64,000 bases of DNA from Candidatus Bathyarchaeota archaeon (GCA_963697165.1 CAVOMX010000018.1:1-64000), one strand, 5' to 3'. Positions 30,706 to 40,801 are shown, counted from the stretch's first letter. The notes: a model not told the origin generated them from the letters alone. Numbers and translations: made by a program.

Positions 30706-31680
30706 CTATAGACAATAAAGGTTTCCAACACTATTCCATATGAAAGAATTAGGCATTGATTTACGAATTGCATATTTTCCTCGCCAACCTGTACAGTGCA
30801 TCGGTACTATAATTTTGGGTTTTAATTGTTGGAGTTTATAGATTGTTTGATTAATTCTTGGTTCCCAATCTTTCCCTGTCAAGTGAAAACCACCAATTAA
30901 TGCGTAAATTTCTGTAACTCCAGTAATTTGTTGTGCAAAAAGTGTTGTGTTAATAATACCTGCATGAGCGCATCCAGAAATTACCACCAAACCTTTATGA
31001 TTAATATTAAGTATGATCGCTCTGTCATCCCAAATCGATGGATCTGGAACCCATTTTCCGTTAGAATGCTCAAGGTGCTCTGGAAACCCTTTTTCAAAAT
31101 CAGTTTTGCGGGGGATCTCTCCACTAACAAGTATGAGGTCGTCCAATAAGAGAGTAGGGTGTTTTGTTTGCATATACTTGGCAGGAGCTACTTGTTCTCC
31201 AGATGGAAATCTTGGTAACTTTCTTACTGATCCATCTGGATTGATGACGCCGCGAATTTTGAACATGTCATCATGGACAATGATTCGTAGATTTTTTCTA
31301 TTAATGATTTTTGAAACGTTTACCAATCCACCAAAGTGGTCATAATGACCATGAGAGAGAACTATACACTCGACATCGGCAAGTTCTATTCCCATTCTCT
31401 TAGCATTAATTACAACTCCTTCGGGACTTTGACCAGTATCGAATAGGATAGTATGATGATTTTCATTGGATCGTATATTTATCAATACTGAGAAACCGTG
31501 CTCAGCAAAGGGTAGACAGAAATGCTTCTTTGTCCATTCTATACCTTTACGGTTTCTAGTCCATTCTCGGACCGTATGGACCTCTTTGTTTAGATTTGCA
31601 GAATTGAAATCGACAGTATTATCCATTAGGCTTATTATTTCTACACTATCAACTTCCTTAAGCGCAACGCGGTTAGCCAT
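30706..31680 (-). CDS. Metallo-beta-lactamase-fold protein (MJ0301/COG1237-like)
   Basis: AEHGFS, LFDTG, LSHGHYDHFGG, SGCAHAG, GGFH, PMHCTG. Confidence 0.88.
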   Translation of the reverse strand: MANRVALKEVDSVEIISLMDNTVDFNSANLNKEVHTVREWTRNRKGIEWTKKHFCLPFAEHGFSVLINIRSNENHHTILFDTGQSPEGVVINAKRMGIELADVECIVLSHGHYDHFGGLVNVSKIINRKNLRIIVHDDMFKIRGVINPDGSVRKLPRFPSGEQVAPAKYMQTKHPTLLLDDLILVSGEIPRKTDFEKGFPEHLEHSNGKWVPDPSIWDDRAIILNINHKGLVVISGCAHAGIINTTLFAQQITGVTEIYALIGGFHLTGKDWEPRINQTIYKLQQLKPKIIVPMHCTGWRGKYAIRKSMPNSFIWNSVGNLYCL

Positions 31681-31698
31681 TTTTCAATATCTTCCCAT

Positions 31699-32271
31699 TC
31701 ACAACGTTCCTCTATAGTAACTTGCTGCGGGGCAACCAGCACACTCTACATTGTATCTTTTGCAAGTTCGGCAATCAACATTGCATGGTGCTGTTGTTTT
31801 CTCTTTGTGTGTTAAATACTCCCGTATGGATAGAAATGGAGAATAGAGGATATTTCCGATAGGAATAAATTCAGAGCGTCGGATTCCTTTGCTGCTTCTC
31901 AACGAACATTTTTCCATAGAAATGCTTTCTAACGTGTCTTGATCTTCAGCAACCACCAAAGCAATCAAATTATACCTGCCTAGGGTTGTGAATATGTTCA
32001 CTACGCGAGGGCAATCCTTGAAGCGTTCTAGAAGTCTCTCCATGGCTTCGGAGCTTTCAATCTCCATTAATACAAACGCGGCTTGTAAACCTAGTTTCTT
32101 AATGTTAAGAAGCGGTGAAACTTTGAGGACTCCTTTTTCCACGAGTTTATCTATTCTTTTCTTTGTTCCCATGCTTGAAAATCCGACAACTTGTGATAAT
32201 TCTTTTAATGTTGTCCTTCCATCCCGTTGAAGTTGGGAAACGATCTTTCGGTCTACTTCATCCAATTCCAA
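31699..32271 (-). CDS. Lrp/AsnC regulator with C-terminal Cys cluster
   Basis: LDEVDRKI..LQRDGR HTH; PCNVDCRTCKRYNVECAGCPA. Confidence 0.88.
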   Translation of the reverse strand: MELDEVDRKIVSQLQRDGRTTLKELSQVVGFSSMGTKKRIDKLVEKGVLKVSPLLNIKKLGLQAAFVLMEIESSEAMERLLERFKDCPRVVNIFTTLGRYNLIALVVAEDQDTLESISMEKCSLRSSKGIRRSEFIPIGNILYSPFLSIREYLTHKEKTTAPCNVDCRTCKRYNVECAGCPAASYYRGTL

Positions 32272-32284
32272 CCACCAAGTTTAC

Positions 32285-32324
32285 TTTATAAACATAAACT
32301 ATATAATTATGTTTATGTTATAAA
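32285..32324. promoter_or_regulatory. Inverted repeat (operator candidate) in the divergent promoter
   Basis: TTTATAAACATAAAC-11 nt-GTTTATGTTATAAA, perfect apart from one T. Confidence 0.6.
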
Positions 32325-32332
32325 CTTTACTA

Positions 32333-33311
32333 ATGAAAAAATATAACTTAATAAACTCAACTGAGGAGAAGAAGACTTTGAAGGAAGAACTAAACCTAAA
32401 ACATGATTCAAGTTCAAATGTGGATGAAGTCCCTATTTCTGGTAAAACCGCTTTTGATGAAGAAGCTGTTAAACGAAAAGGTAGAATGAGTAAAATTCGG
32501 CATAAGATAGCCGTGATTAGCGGTAAGGGTGGCGTTGGTAAGAGGTACTATTACCGTGAATTTAGCAATGGCATTTGCTATACATGGTTACGCCAACCAG
32601 ATAGGGATACTTGACGCGGACATTACAGGACCATGTGTGCCAAAAATTATAGGTTTACATGGACAGAAACTACAAGTAGGTCCTCCGGGAATTTTTCCCT
32701 CGATAGGTCCTTTAGGAATCAGAGTAGTTTCCATGGCTTTTCTACTTCCAAGCGACGAAGTCCCAGTCATTTGGCGTGGTCCCCTAAAGGGGAGGGCAAT
32801 TAGTCAATTCTTGTCTGACATTGTTTGGGGAGAACTTGAATTTCTTTTTATAGATCTTCCACCGGGAACCGGTGATGAGCCTCTGAGCGTTATGCAACTT
32901 ATTCCTGAATTGGATGGAGTTGTAATCGTCACTTTGCCCTCGGAGGTTTCCCAAATTGTTGTCAAGAAAGCTGTGACTTTTGCGAGACAACTTAACATAC
33001 CTATTATAGGCATTATCGAGAACATGAGCGGTTTCGTCTGTCCAAAATGCGGCGAAAAAACCGATGTTTTCAATATTGGAGGTGGACAGAAAATTGCTGA
33101 AGATTTGTCTGTACCGTTTCTTGGAAATATTCCCATAGATCCTGAAGTCTGTCGCGATTCTGACAAAGGAATTCCCTTCATTATTGAACATAAACATTCT
33201 CCGGCAACAAAAGCATTTATGGAAATTGTCAAGAAAATTGAAGATTTCTTGAATACTACAAAGGAAATAGAAAGCTCCCAAAGTGCTGTTCACATCGAAC
33301 AAGGAAACTAG
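32333..33311 (+). CDS. mrp: Mrp/NBP35 (ApbC) Fe-S carrier ATPase, one frameshift
   Basis: SGKGGVGK, DADITGP, VIWRGP, DLPPGTGD, ENMSGFVCPKC. Confidence 0.92.
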
Positions 33312-33334
33312 AACCTTTTAGAAGGTGAAAATAG

Positions 33335-35680
33335 TTGACCAAAAAAACTACACACATAAAAATAGAAGAATTGAAGACAGATCTTGGCATCATAAAGAAT
33401 CTTGAAGTCTCTATTGGCAACATTGTCGATGAAACTTGGGACGAGCAAGAGGGTCCAACCCCCTTTCCTTCCACAGTTGATCTAAGAGAGTGGGACTTCA
33501 AATTATTGGAGCGTTATAAACCATTTTATCTACCATTCTGCGATGTCTGTTGTCTATGTACTTTCGGCAAGTGTGATCTATCAGGAGACAAACGCGGAGC
33601 CTGCGGATTAAACATGGCTGCTCAACAGTCAAGGATTGTTCTCCTTGCTTGTTGTATTGGAGCTGCTACCCATACGGCTCATGCTAGACACTTAGTTGAC
33701 CATTTGATAGAAAAATATGGACGAAACATTCCTCTTAACCAAGGTGGCTTAAACATAGACATAGATGCTCCTGTGACCTGTCTAGTCTGTGGTATCAAAC
33801 CTAAAATCCTAAAGGACGTGGAAGAAGCCCTAGACTGGGCAGAAGAACAAGTTACACACTGCCTTTCTGCTACACACACTGGACAAGAAGGAGGCAACCT
33901 AGACTTTGAGTCAAAAGCTTTCCACGCTGGGATGGCAGACCAAGTCGGAATGGAAATCGCAGATTTGATCCAGATTTCGGTTCTCGGTTTTCCAAAAGCT
34001 GATCCTGAAGCTCCACTTGTAGAATTGGGGTTTGGAGTAGCTGATGTTAAAAAACCAACAATTCTTGTAATTGGTCACAACGTTCCATCAAGCGTTGGAA
34101 TAATTGATTACATGACAAAAAATAAGCTAATGGATAAAGTAGAAGTTGTAGGAATCTGTTGCACAGCCCACGACCTAACACGATACAATCCTTCAGCTAA
34201 GGTAGTTGGTCCAATTTCTTGGCAACTAAAATACATCAGAAGCGGATTGGCCGACCTTATTGTCGTTGACGAACAATGTATCAGAGCAGACACACTAGAA
34301 GAAGCGCAAAAAGTCAAGACTCCAGTAATCGCATCAAGCCCCAAAAACTGTTTGAATCTCCATAACAGAACCAACGACCAAGTAAAAGAACTTGTAGTTG
34401 ATTTAATTGAAGGCAAGGTTCCTGGTGTGCTCATCTTAGATCCCGACAAGGTTGGAGAAGTTGCTGTTGAAGCTGTTATGGTTGTTGCACCGAAAAGAAA
34501 CAAGTTCAGTATTATTCCTGGCATCGAAGAGATAACAGCTGCAGGTCAAGCGTGCACCGGATGTAACGAATGTATACGGGCATGTCCAAACAATCAACCA
34601 ATTCCTGAAGCAATGAAAGCAGCAGCTGAAGGCAACCTTAAACCCTTTGCTGAAATTTTCGATAACTGTGTAGGATGCGCTCGTTGTGACAGTGCATGTC
34701 CCAAAGATTTTCCTCTTCACAGCTTTATGGTGAAGGCCGGAGAAGACAAATCATTAAGCGAAAAATTCATGATGCGCTCTGGACGGGGAGCTATTCAAGA
34801 CATAGAGATCCGAAACGTTGGAGGCCCAATAGTTCTCGGTGAAATTCCTGGAGTCGTCGCTATAGTAGGTTGTGCCAATTATCCTGATGGCAACGAAGCA
34901 GTTGCAGAAATCGTTGAAGAGTTCGCGAAACGCAGATACATAGTTGTCCTCTCCGGATGTGCAGCTATGTCCGCAGCCATGGTAAAAGATGAAGAAGGAA
35001 AAACTGTTTACGAGAAATATCCTGGCGGATTTGAAGCTGGAGGCGTCCTAAACGTTGGATCATGTGTTTCTAACCCTCACATAGCAGGTGCAGCAATCAA
35101 AATTGCAAGCATCTTTGCGAAACGGAATCTACGAGGTAATTACGAGGAAATCGCTGATTATATTCACAACCGAGTTGGAGCTGTCGGACTCGCTTGGGGT
35201 GCAATGTCCCAGAAGGCAGCGTCAATAGCTGCAGGTTTCTGGAGACTTGGAGTGCCTGTAATCGTTGGTCCACATGGATCTAAGTATAGACGTATGCTTC
35301 TTGGACGAGCAGACAAAAAGGAAGATTGGTACGTATACGATGCCAGAACAGGTGACAAAGTTTACGCCGGTCCAACCCCTGAGCACCTATTCACTACTGC
35401 TGAAACTAAGGAAGAAGCAATTGTGATGATAGCAAAGCTCTGCATGAGACCTAACGACACCACTAGAGGTCGCGGCATGAAATTGACTCACTACATTGAC
35501 CTGCACAAACGCTACTATGGTGTTATGCCTCATGATATACACCTGTTTATCAGAAACAGGATGGACATACCCATCACCATGAAACCTGAAATCCTCAAAA
35601 TCCTCGAAGAAAAGGATTGGAAGGAGACGAGAATTCCAGACCCAACTCTACTAAAAAGAATGATTAGGAAAAGAGGTTGA
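33335..35680 (+). CDS. cdhA: CO dehydrogenase/acetyl-CoA synthase alpha subunit, copy 1
   Basis: CDVCCLCTFGKC, GHN, GICCT, two 4Fe-4S motifs, GSCVSN, SQKA. Confidence 0.96.
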   Translation: MTKKTTHIKIEELKTDLGIIKNLEVSIGNIVDETWDEQEGPTPFPSTVDLREWDFKLLERYKPFYLPFCDVCCLCTFGKCDLSGDKRGACGLNMAAQQSRIVLLACCIGAATHTAHARHLVDHLIEKYGRNIPLNQGGLNIDIDAPVTCLVCGIKPKILKDVEEALDWAEEQVTHCLSATHTGQEGGNLDFESKAFHAGMADQVGMEIADLIQISVLGFPKADPEAPLVELGFGVADVKKPTILVIGHNVPSSVGIIDYMTKNKLMDKVEVVGICCTAHDLTRYNPSAKVVGPISWQLKYIRSGLADLIVVDEQCIRADTLEEAQKVKTPVIASSPKNCLNLHNRTNDQVKELVVDLIEGKVPGVLILDPDKVGEVAVEAVMVVAPKRNKFSIIPGIEEITAAGQACTGCNECIRACPNNQPIPEAMKAAAEGNLKPFAEIFDNCVGCARCDSACPKDFPLHSFMVKAGEDKSLSEKFMMRSGRGAIQDIEIRNVGGPIVLGEIPGVVAIVGCANYPDGNEAVAEIVEEFAKRRYIVVLSGCAAMSAAMVKDEEGKTVYEKYPGGFEAGGVLNVGSCVSNPHIAGAAIKIASIFAKRNLRGNYEEIADYIHNRVGAVGLAWGAMSQKAASIAAGFWRLGVPVIVGPHGSKYRRMLLGRADKKEDWYVYDARTGDKVYAGPTPEHLFTTAETKEEAIVMIAKLCMRPNDTTRGRGMKLTHYIDLHKRYYGVMPHDIHLFIRNRMDIPITMKPEILKILEEKDWKETRIPDPTLLKRMIRKRG

Positions 35681-35685
35681 TAAAA

Positions 35686-36231
35686 ATGAGCGCAAAAGCA
35701 GAACCTTGGCAAACAGCAGAAATTGCAGGGCCACAAAAGGCTCTTGTAATTATGAAACCTGAAGTAGCCGCGGCAATGATAAAACGGGCAAAACGCCCCA
35801 TCATCATTGTTGGGTACTTGGCCACCAAAACTGACAAAGACACTGGCACAATGATCAACTACGCCATTCGCCTAAACAAAGATGCAGGCATCCCAGTTGT
35901 TGCAACCGCACATACGATAAAGGAATTTGTGAAACAAGGATTTGAGCAAGCAACACAGATGAACGCCATGGATATTGGCAACCGACTAAAAGACCCAACA
36001 TGGAATGGCTTAGACGGAAAAGGTCTATATGACCTCGCGCTGTTTATGGGACTACCATATTACATGGAATTCGTAATCTTATCAGGACTAAAACACTTCT
36101 CGACAAATCTTAAGACCATTAGCTTGAATCGATACTATAATCCCCATGCAAGTTGGTCTTTCCCAAACCTCAAAGTCGAAGAATGGACTCAAAGTTTTGA
36201 AACAATAATAAAAAATTTAGGAAGAAAATAA
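35686..36231 (+). CDS. cdhB: CODH/ACS epsilon subunit, copy 1
   Basis: AEPWQTAEIAGP, KRAKRP, W.GLDGKG.YD, ASWSFPN. Confidence 0.93.
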   Translation: MSAKAEPWQTAEIAGPQKALVIMKPEVAAAMIKRAKRPIIIVGYLATKTDKDTGTMINYAIRLNKDAGIPVVATAHTIKEFVKQGFEQATQMNAMDIGNRLKDPTWNGLDGKGLYDLALFMGLPYYMEFVILSGLKHFSTNLKTISLNRYYNPHASWSFPNLKVEEWTQSFETIIKNLGRK

Positions 36232-36234
36232 AAA

Positions 36235-36271
36235 ATGTCAATATTTGAAAACAACCCATATAGATGTCGAA
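36235..36271 (+). pseudogene. Vestigial 5' stub of cdhC
   Basis: ATGTCAATATTTGAAAACAACCCATATAGATGTCGAA resembles the cdhC start ATGTCAATGTTTGATGACATCCCAGTGGATGTTGGA (53837) and occupies the same position after cdhB. Confidence 0.7.
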
Positions 36272-36297
36272 ACAATTTGAGAAGGAGCTGTAATTAA

Positions 36298-36684
36298 ATG
36301 AAAATATGTGTAACATCGGTATCAGGAAACTTAGACGCTCAAGTAGATCCAAGATTTGGTAGATGCCCATACTTCACGATCGTTGATTCTGAGACTATGG
36401 AGTTTAACGCCATTTCAAATGATTCTACTAATGCAGCGCATGGAGCGGGAATTCAAGCAGCTCAGACAGTTGCAAACATGGGTATTAAAGTGGTTATAAC
36501 TGGTAATGTTGGACCCAACGCCTTCAATGTCCTATCAGCAACGGGGATAAAGATTGTAACCGGTGCCTCGGGCAGTGTTAGAGAGGCTGTTGAGAAATAC
36601 AAGAGTGGACAACTCAAAGAGACAGGTAATCCAACTGTTGGCGGCCATTTCGGTATGGGAAAAGGACAGGGTAGAGGACGATAA
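36298..36684 (+). CDS. NifB/NifX-family (Nitro_FeMo-Co) protein
   Basis: VDPRFGRCPYF, HGAGIQAAQ, GNVGPNA. Confidence 0.9.
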   Translation: MKICVTSVSGNLDAQVDPRFGRCPYFTIVDSETMEFNAISNDSTNAAHGAGIQAAQTVANMGIKVVITGNVGPNAFNVLSATGIKIVTGASGSVREAVEKYKSGQLKETGNPTVGGHFGMGKGQGRGR

Positions 36685-36723
36685 GTTTCCGAAAGATTGA
36701 TGTAACAAGGAGGTGCAAGTGAA

Positions 36724-37083
36724 GTGAATGTAAGAATTGTTGTTCCGGTTTCGGATGAAAAAGGTATCGACGCTCATCTTTCTGAGCATTTTGGAAGAAC
36801 ACCTTATTTTGCAGTTATTGATTTAGATGAAAATGGACAAATAATAAAACAAAGTACAGTCTCAAGTTCTGGAGAACACTTTTGTCAAGGACTTGGTTTC
36901 CTCTTGAATCTCAAACCAGATATCATGATTGCACATGGCATGGGACAAGGAGTGGTCCAAAACTTCCAAAACGCAAGAATTGCAATCCTTAGAACAAGTG
37001 CTAACATAGTAAAAGACGCTATTCAACAATACAATAGAGGCGAACTTGTAGAATTAACAGACGGCTGTCATCAAGATCATTAG
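36724..37083 (+). CDS. NifB/NifX-family protein
   Basis: SEHFGRTPYF, GMGQG, C-terminal CHQDH. Confidence 0.88.
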   Translation: MNVRIVVPVSDEKGIDAHLSEHFGRTPYFAVIDLDENGQIIKQSTVSSSGEHFCQGLGFLLNLKPDIMIAHGMGQGVVQNFQNARIAILRTSANIVKDAIQQYNRGELVELTDGCHQDH

Positions 37084-37126
37084 CACTAGAAGAAGGTATG
37101 AGATTCCCTTTTCAGAGAGAAAGAAA

Positions 37127-37546
37127 GTGTCGGGTCAACTAACCGAAGAAAAGATAGAACTTCTAAAGAATGCTGGTTATTCAAAGAAAGCCATCGAGCT
37201 TTATGCTAACAAGGTAAATGTTGGTACAATAGAAGATGCTGATGTGGCACTACCATACACAGGTCCATGTGGCGACACTTGCAAAATTTACTTGAAAATT
37301 AATGATCAGAATATGATAGAAGATGCAAAATTCCAGTATTTAGGTTGTCCAGCATCTGCTATCTGCGGATCAATAGTAACTCAGATTGCAAAAGGAAAGA
37401 CACTACGGGAAGCAGAGAGGATAACCGCTGAAGAAGTAATAGAGAAATTAGGTGGTTTGCCGGGCGATGAATGCCACTGCGCGACACTTGTTTTAACAAC
37501 ATTGTGTAACGCCATTAAAAAATACGAAAATAACAAAAAACGATAA
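37127..37546 (+). CDS. IscU/NifU-N-like Fe-S scaffold
   Basis: GPCGD, FQYLGC, GKTL.EA, HCA. Confidence 0.88.
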   Translation: MSGQLTEEKIELLKNAGYSKKAIELYANKVNVGTIEDADVALPYTGPCGDTCKIYLKINDQNMIEDAKFQYLGCPASAICGSIVTQIAKGKTLREAERITAEEVIEKLGGLPGDECHCATLVLTTLCNAIKKYENNKKR

Positions 37547-37570
37547 AAGAAAAAAGGAGAATCTTTTAAG

Positions 37571-38389
37571 GTGATTATAACAGTAGCCAGCGGAAAAGGC
37601 GGCACAGGAAAAACCACCGTTGCTGTCAACATGGCACTATCCCTAGAAAATGTGCAACTTCTTGACTGCGATGTTGAAGAACCAAACTCCCACATTTTAT
37701 TACAAACCTTGATCACTGAAACAAAACCAGTATGCACCAAGTTCCCAGTAATCTCAGAGGATCTTTGTGATTACTGCGGAAAATGTTCCAAGTTTTGTGC
37801 TTATAATGCCTTGTTTGTGGCTCCAAAAACTGTTATGGTTTTTCCACAATTATGTCATAGCTGCGGTGGATGTACGCTGGTTTGTCCTAAGAATGCGATA
37901 ACCGAAAAGGAAAGGCAGATAGGCGTAATAAAAAAAGGAGAAGCTAAAGGTGTTGAGATTGTTTACGGCGAAATCGATGTTGGAGAAGCCATGGCTGTGC
38001 CGCTCATAAGGGCAGTCAAAAACGAGATGAAAGACGACAAGAATGTTATAATTGATGCCCCACCTGGAACTGCCTGTTCTTTGGTTGCTTCAGTGCACAA
38101 AACTGACTACTGTATCCTTGTAACGGAGCCAACTCCCTTTGGTTTGCACGATCTAAAGATTACGGTTCAGGTCTTAAGAGACCTTGGAGTTCCCATGGGT
38201 GTAATAATAAATCGTGCAGGAATCGGCGACAGAAAAGTCTATGAATACTGCGAAAAAGAGAACATTCCTTTGTTGATGGAGATTCCTTTTGACAAGAAAA
38301 TTGCAGAACTGTATTCTCGCGGAGTTCCATTCGTGACGCAGATGCCTGAGTGGAAAGAAAAGTTTCAGAAAATGTGGGATACAATATAG
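37571..38389 (+). CDS. MinD-superfamily P-loop ATPase with inserted 2x[4Fe-4S] domain
   Basis: SGKGGTGKTT, DCDVEEPN, CDYCGKC..FC, CHSCGGC..VC, DAPPG, EPTPFGLHD. Confidence 0.9.
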   Translation: MIITVASGKGGTGKTTVAVNMALSLENVQLLDCDVEEPNSHILLQTLITETKPVCTKFPVISEDLCDYCGKCSKFCAYNALFVAPKTVMVFPQLCHSCGGCTLVCPKNAITEKERQIGVIKKGEAKGVEIVYGEIDVGEAMAVPLIRAVKNEMKDDKNVIIDAPPGTACSLVASVHKTDYCILVTEPTPFGLHDLKITVQVLRDLGVPMGVIINRAGIGDRKVYEYCEKENIPLLMEIPFDKKIAELYSRGVPFVTQMPEWKEKFQKMWDTI

Positions 38390-38400
38390 AAGGGAATGTA

Positions 38401-39267
38401 ATGGTTAAAGAGATTACCGTGATAAGTGGGAAGGGTGGAACAGGAAAAACAAGTTTAACGGCTTGTTTTGCAGTGTTAACCCAAAATGCTGTGCTAACGG
38501 ACTGTGATGTAGATGCGCCAGATCTTCACATGTTACTAAAACCTGAAGTGTTGGAGCCACAGGAATTCAAAGCATCCAGAGTTGCCGTAATAGATCAAGA
38601 TATGTGTGTTCTATGTGGAAAATGTGCAGAGTATTGTCGCTTTGGTGCCATAGCAGAACAGGTAGTTGATTCTATTCTATGTGAAGGCTGTGGTGTATGT
38701 GCTTATGTTTGTCCTGTTGCCGCAATTGAGCTTGAGAAAAGGGTTTCAGGATATGCATTCATCTCAAAGACTAAGTATGGTACTATGTCACATGCGTTAT
38801 TGAATCCGGGAGAAGAGAATTCAGGTAAACTTGTGGCGTTGGTAAGGCGGAACGCTAAAAAAGTTGCTGAAAAAGAAAACTACGAGTTGATTATTAATGA
38901 TGGCCCACCAGGCATCGGTTGTCCGGTAATAGCTTCTCTGGGTGGAGTTGATATGGGCTTGATAGTTACAGAGCCAACGTTGTCGGGCATCCACGACATG
39001 GAACGAGCCTTAGGTTTGCTCAATCACTTCAAGATACTTGCTCTTGTTTGCGTAAACAAGTATGACATAAACGAAGAAAACACAGAACGGATACTCAACT
39101 TTTGTGCGTCCAAAGGCGTGGAAGTTGTTGGAAAGATACCTTTTGACCCCATCGTTACAGAAGCTATGGTAGCAGGAAAGCCTATAATGGAATACGCACC
39201 AAAAAGCAATGTCTCACAAGCCATTAAAGAGCTGTGGAAAAGAACATTAGAAAAAATCGTTACTTGA
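38401..39267 (+). CDS. Second MinD-superfamily ATPase with inserted 2x[4Fe-4S] domain
   Basis: SGKGGTGKTS, DCDVDAPDL, CVLCGKC, CEGCGVC, ENSGKLV, DGPPGIGCP. Confidence 0.9.
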   Translation: MVKEITVISGKGGTGKTSLTACFAVLTQNAVLTDCDVDAPDLHMLLKPEVLEPQEFKASRVAVIDQDMCVLCGKCAEYCRFGAIAEQVVDSILCEGCGVCAYVCPVAAIELEKRVSGYAFISKTKYGTMSHALLNPGEENSGKLVALVRRNAKKVAEKENYELIINDGPPGIGCPVIASLGGVDMGLIVTEPTLSGIHDMERALGLLNHFKILALVCVNKYDINEENTERILNFCASKGVEVVGKIPFDPIVTEAMVAGKPIMEYAPKSNVSQAIKELWKRTLEKIVT

Positions 39268-39345
39268 GACAATCTGATTGTCTAACATCTATACTGAAGC
39301 CTAACTCATAACAAGTTCTTGGACGGCTTTTTCAAAGCAACTATT

Positions 39346-39537
39346 CTATTTTTGTGTCTTTGTTGGAGAGAGAACTAGCAATACTTTGGGTATGTTGACT
39401 TCTGTGATCGTGTGATTCTTGAACGTCTTTGAGTTTCCCATGATGTCTTTGACGACTACTTTGTTTTCAACCGTTTTTGCGTAAACCACGTTTTCAAAAA
39501 CTACTGCTTCGTCTATTATTACTTTAAGTTCACACAT
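39346..39537 (-). CDS. cooT: CooT-family nickel-binding protein
   Basis: N-terminal MCE, ENVV, DIMG; 63 aa. Confidence 0.75.
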   Translation of the reverse strand: MCELKVIIDEAVVFENVVYAKTVENKVVVKDIMGNSKTFKNHTITEVNIPKVLLVLSPTKTQK

Positions 39538-39571
39538 TTTTTCTCTATACTACCTTGTTAGTTGTTTGAAC

Positions 39572-39880
39572 TTATATGTTGTTAGCGACGGTTAGTGGTC
39601 TTCCTTCGGTTAGGGCTTGGGCTACTTTTTGTCTTGCGCTTTTGACGAGTCTCCAGATTGTTCCTCTTGATACGCCCATTTTTGTGCCTGCCTGTTCTTG
39701 TGATAAGCCCTCAAGGTCTACTAGTCTTAGGGCTTCTAGTTCTGCGGGTTCAATTGTGATTGTGCTGGCTGTTGTTGTTGGTTCTGGGATGAATTTTGTT
39801 ATTTTTGCGGGGTTCGGTATGGTTACTGGTTTGGGGAATCGTCCTCTGTGTCCTCGTCTGTGTCTGTGTCCGTATGCCAT
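39572..39880 (-). CDS. DUF134 HTH protein
   Basis: ELEALRLVDLEGLSQEQAG..MGVSRGT.WR. Confidence 0.9.
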   Translation of the reverse strand: MAYGHRHRRGHRGRFPKPVTIPNPAKITKFIPEPTTTASTITIEPAELEALRLVDLEGLSQEQAGTKMGVSRGTIWRLVKSARQKVAQALTEGRPLTVANNI

Positions 39881-39980
39881 TGTGATCAGTTAATCTAGTT
39901 GTCCGCAACACTTATATATTTTTGTGCATTATCTAATAAATGTAAATTGTGCATAGACACAAAAATAGAGGTGAAAAATT

Positions 39981-40370
39981 ATGCCAAGAGGAGATAGAAC
40001 AGGACCAGATGGCGTAGGACCCATGACCGGAAGAGCAGCAGGATACTGTGCAGGTTACTCTGTTCCCGGATATGTGAATCCCGTAAACGGATATGGACGA
40101 GGATGGGGAAGAGGACGCGGTAGAGGCTTCGGCAGAGGATGGGGTAGAGGTTTTGGAAGAGGAGGGTTCGTGTACCCACAACCCGTAGTAGTTCAACCTG
40201 CTTACCAGCCAGCATATCAGCCAGTAGCACAACCACAGACGCCAGAACAAGAAATCACAGCATTAGAGAACTATCAGAAAAGTTTGGAAGCAGAAAAAGC
40301 AGACCTTGAACAAGAAACGGGCGGCGTCAAAGCAAGAATAGAAGAATTAAAAGCAAAACTCGAAAAGTAA
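39981..40370 (+). CDS. DUF5320 family protein (RGG-rich, coiled-coil)
   Basis: MPRGDRTGP.G.GPMTGR.AGYC, GRG repeats, C-terminal coiled coil. Confidence 0.9.
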   Translation: MPRGDRTGPDGVGPMTGRAAGYCAGYSVPGYVNPVNGYGRGWGRGRGRGFGRGWGRGFGRGGFVYPQPVVVQPAYQPAYQPVAQPQTPEQEITALENYQKSLEAEKADLEQETGGVKARIEELKAKLEK

Positions 40371-40438
40371 ACACAAATCAAACTGGAACGTGAACTTAAC
40401 GAGCAGCAGAAAACATAGTCAGAAGGAGGTGACTGTTT

Positions 40439-40801
40439 TTGGTAAATCTTAGGATAGCCATTGCAACAAACGGAAAAGATGGTTTAGAGGACGTTGTATC
40501 AAAAGTTTTTGGCAGAGCCAAAACCTTTACTATTGTAGATGCTGAAGACGAGAAAATAAAAGGTGTAACTGTAGTAGAAAACCCTGGAGTATCTTACAAG
40601 CATGGTGCTGGGCCTATTGTAGCTAAGATGTTGGTAGATAAAGATGTGGACGTGGTAATCGCTTACGTTCTTGGCTTAGGTGCAGATGAACTGTTAAAAC
40701 AACATAACATAAAGCATATAGCCATAAAACCAAACACCAAAGTTGAGAAGGCAACAAGAGAAGCACTTCGTATACAAAAAGAGGAAGGTGATACCGGATG
40801 A
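40439..40801 (+). CDS. NifB/NifX-family protein
   Basis: IAIAT, FGRAKTF, HGAGP. Confidence 0.85.
   Translation: MVNLRIAIATNGKDGLEDVVSKVFGRAKTFTIVDAEDEKIKGVTVVENPGVSYKHGAGPIVAKMLVDKDVDVVIAYVLGLGADELLKQHNIKHIAIKPNTKVEKATREALRIQKEEGDTG

Noticed and set aside
33335..36231. cdhAB duplication as a misassembly
   Set aside because: The copies differ at many synonymous and some amino-acid positions and have different flanks
40090..40170. GGA/AGAGG-rich repeats as a regulatory or G-quadruplex element
   Set aside because: Explained by the GRG-rich coding region of DUF5320
36298..40801. Nitrogen fixation cluster
   Set aside because: Only NifB/NifX-family small domains and an IscU-like gene; no nifH, nifD, nifK, nifE or nifN
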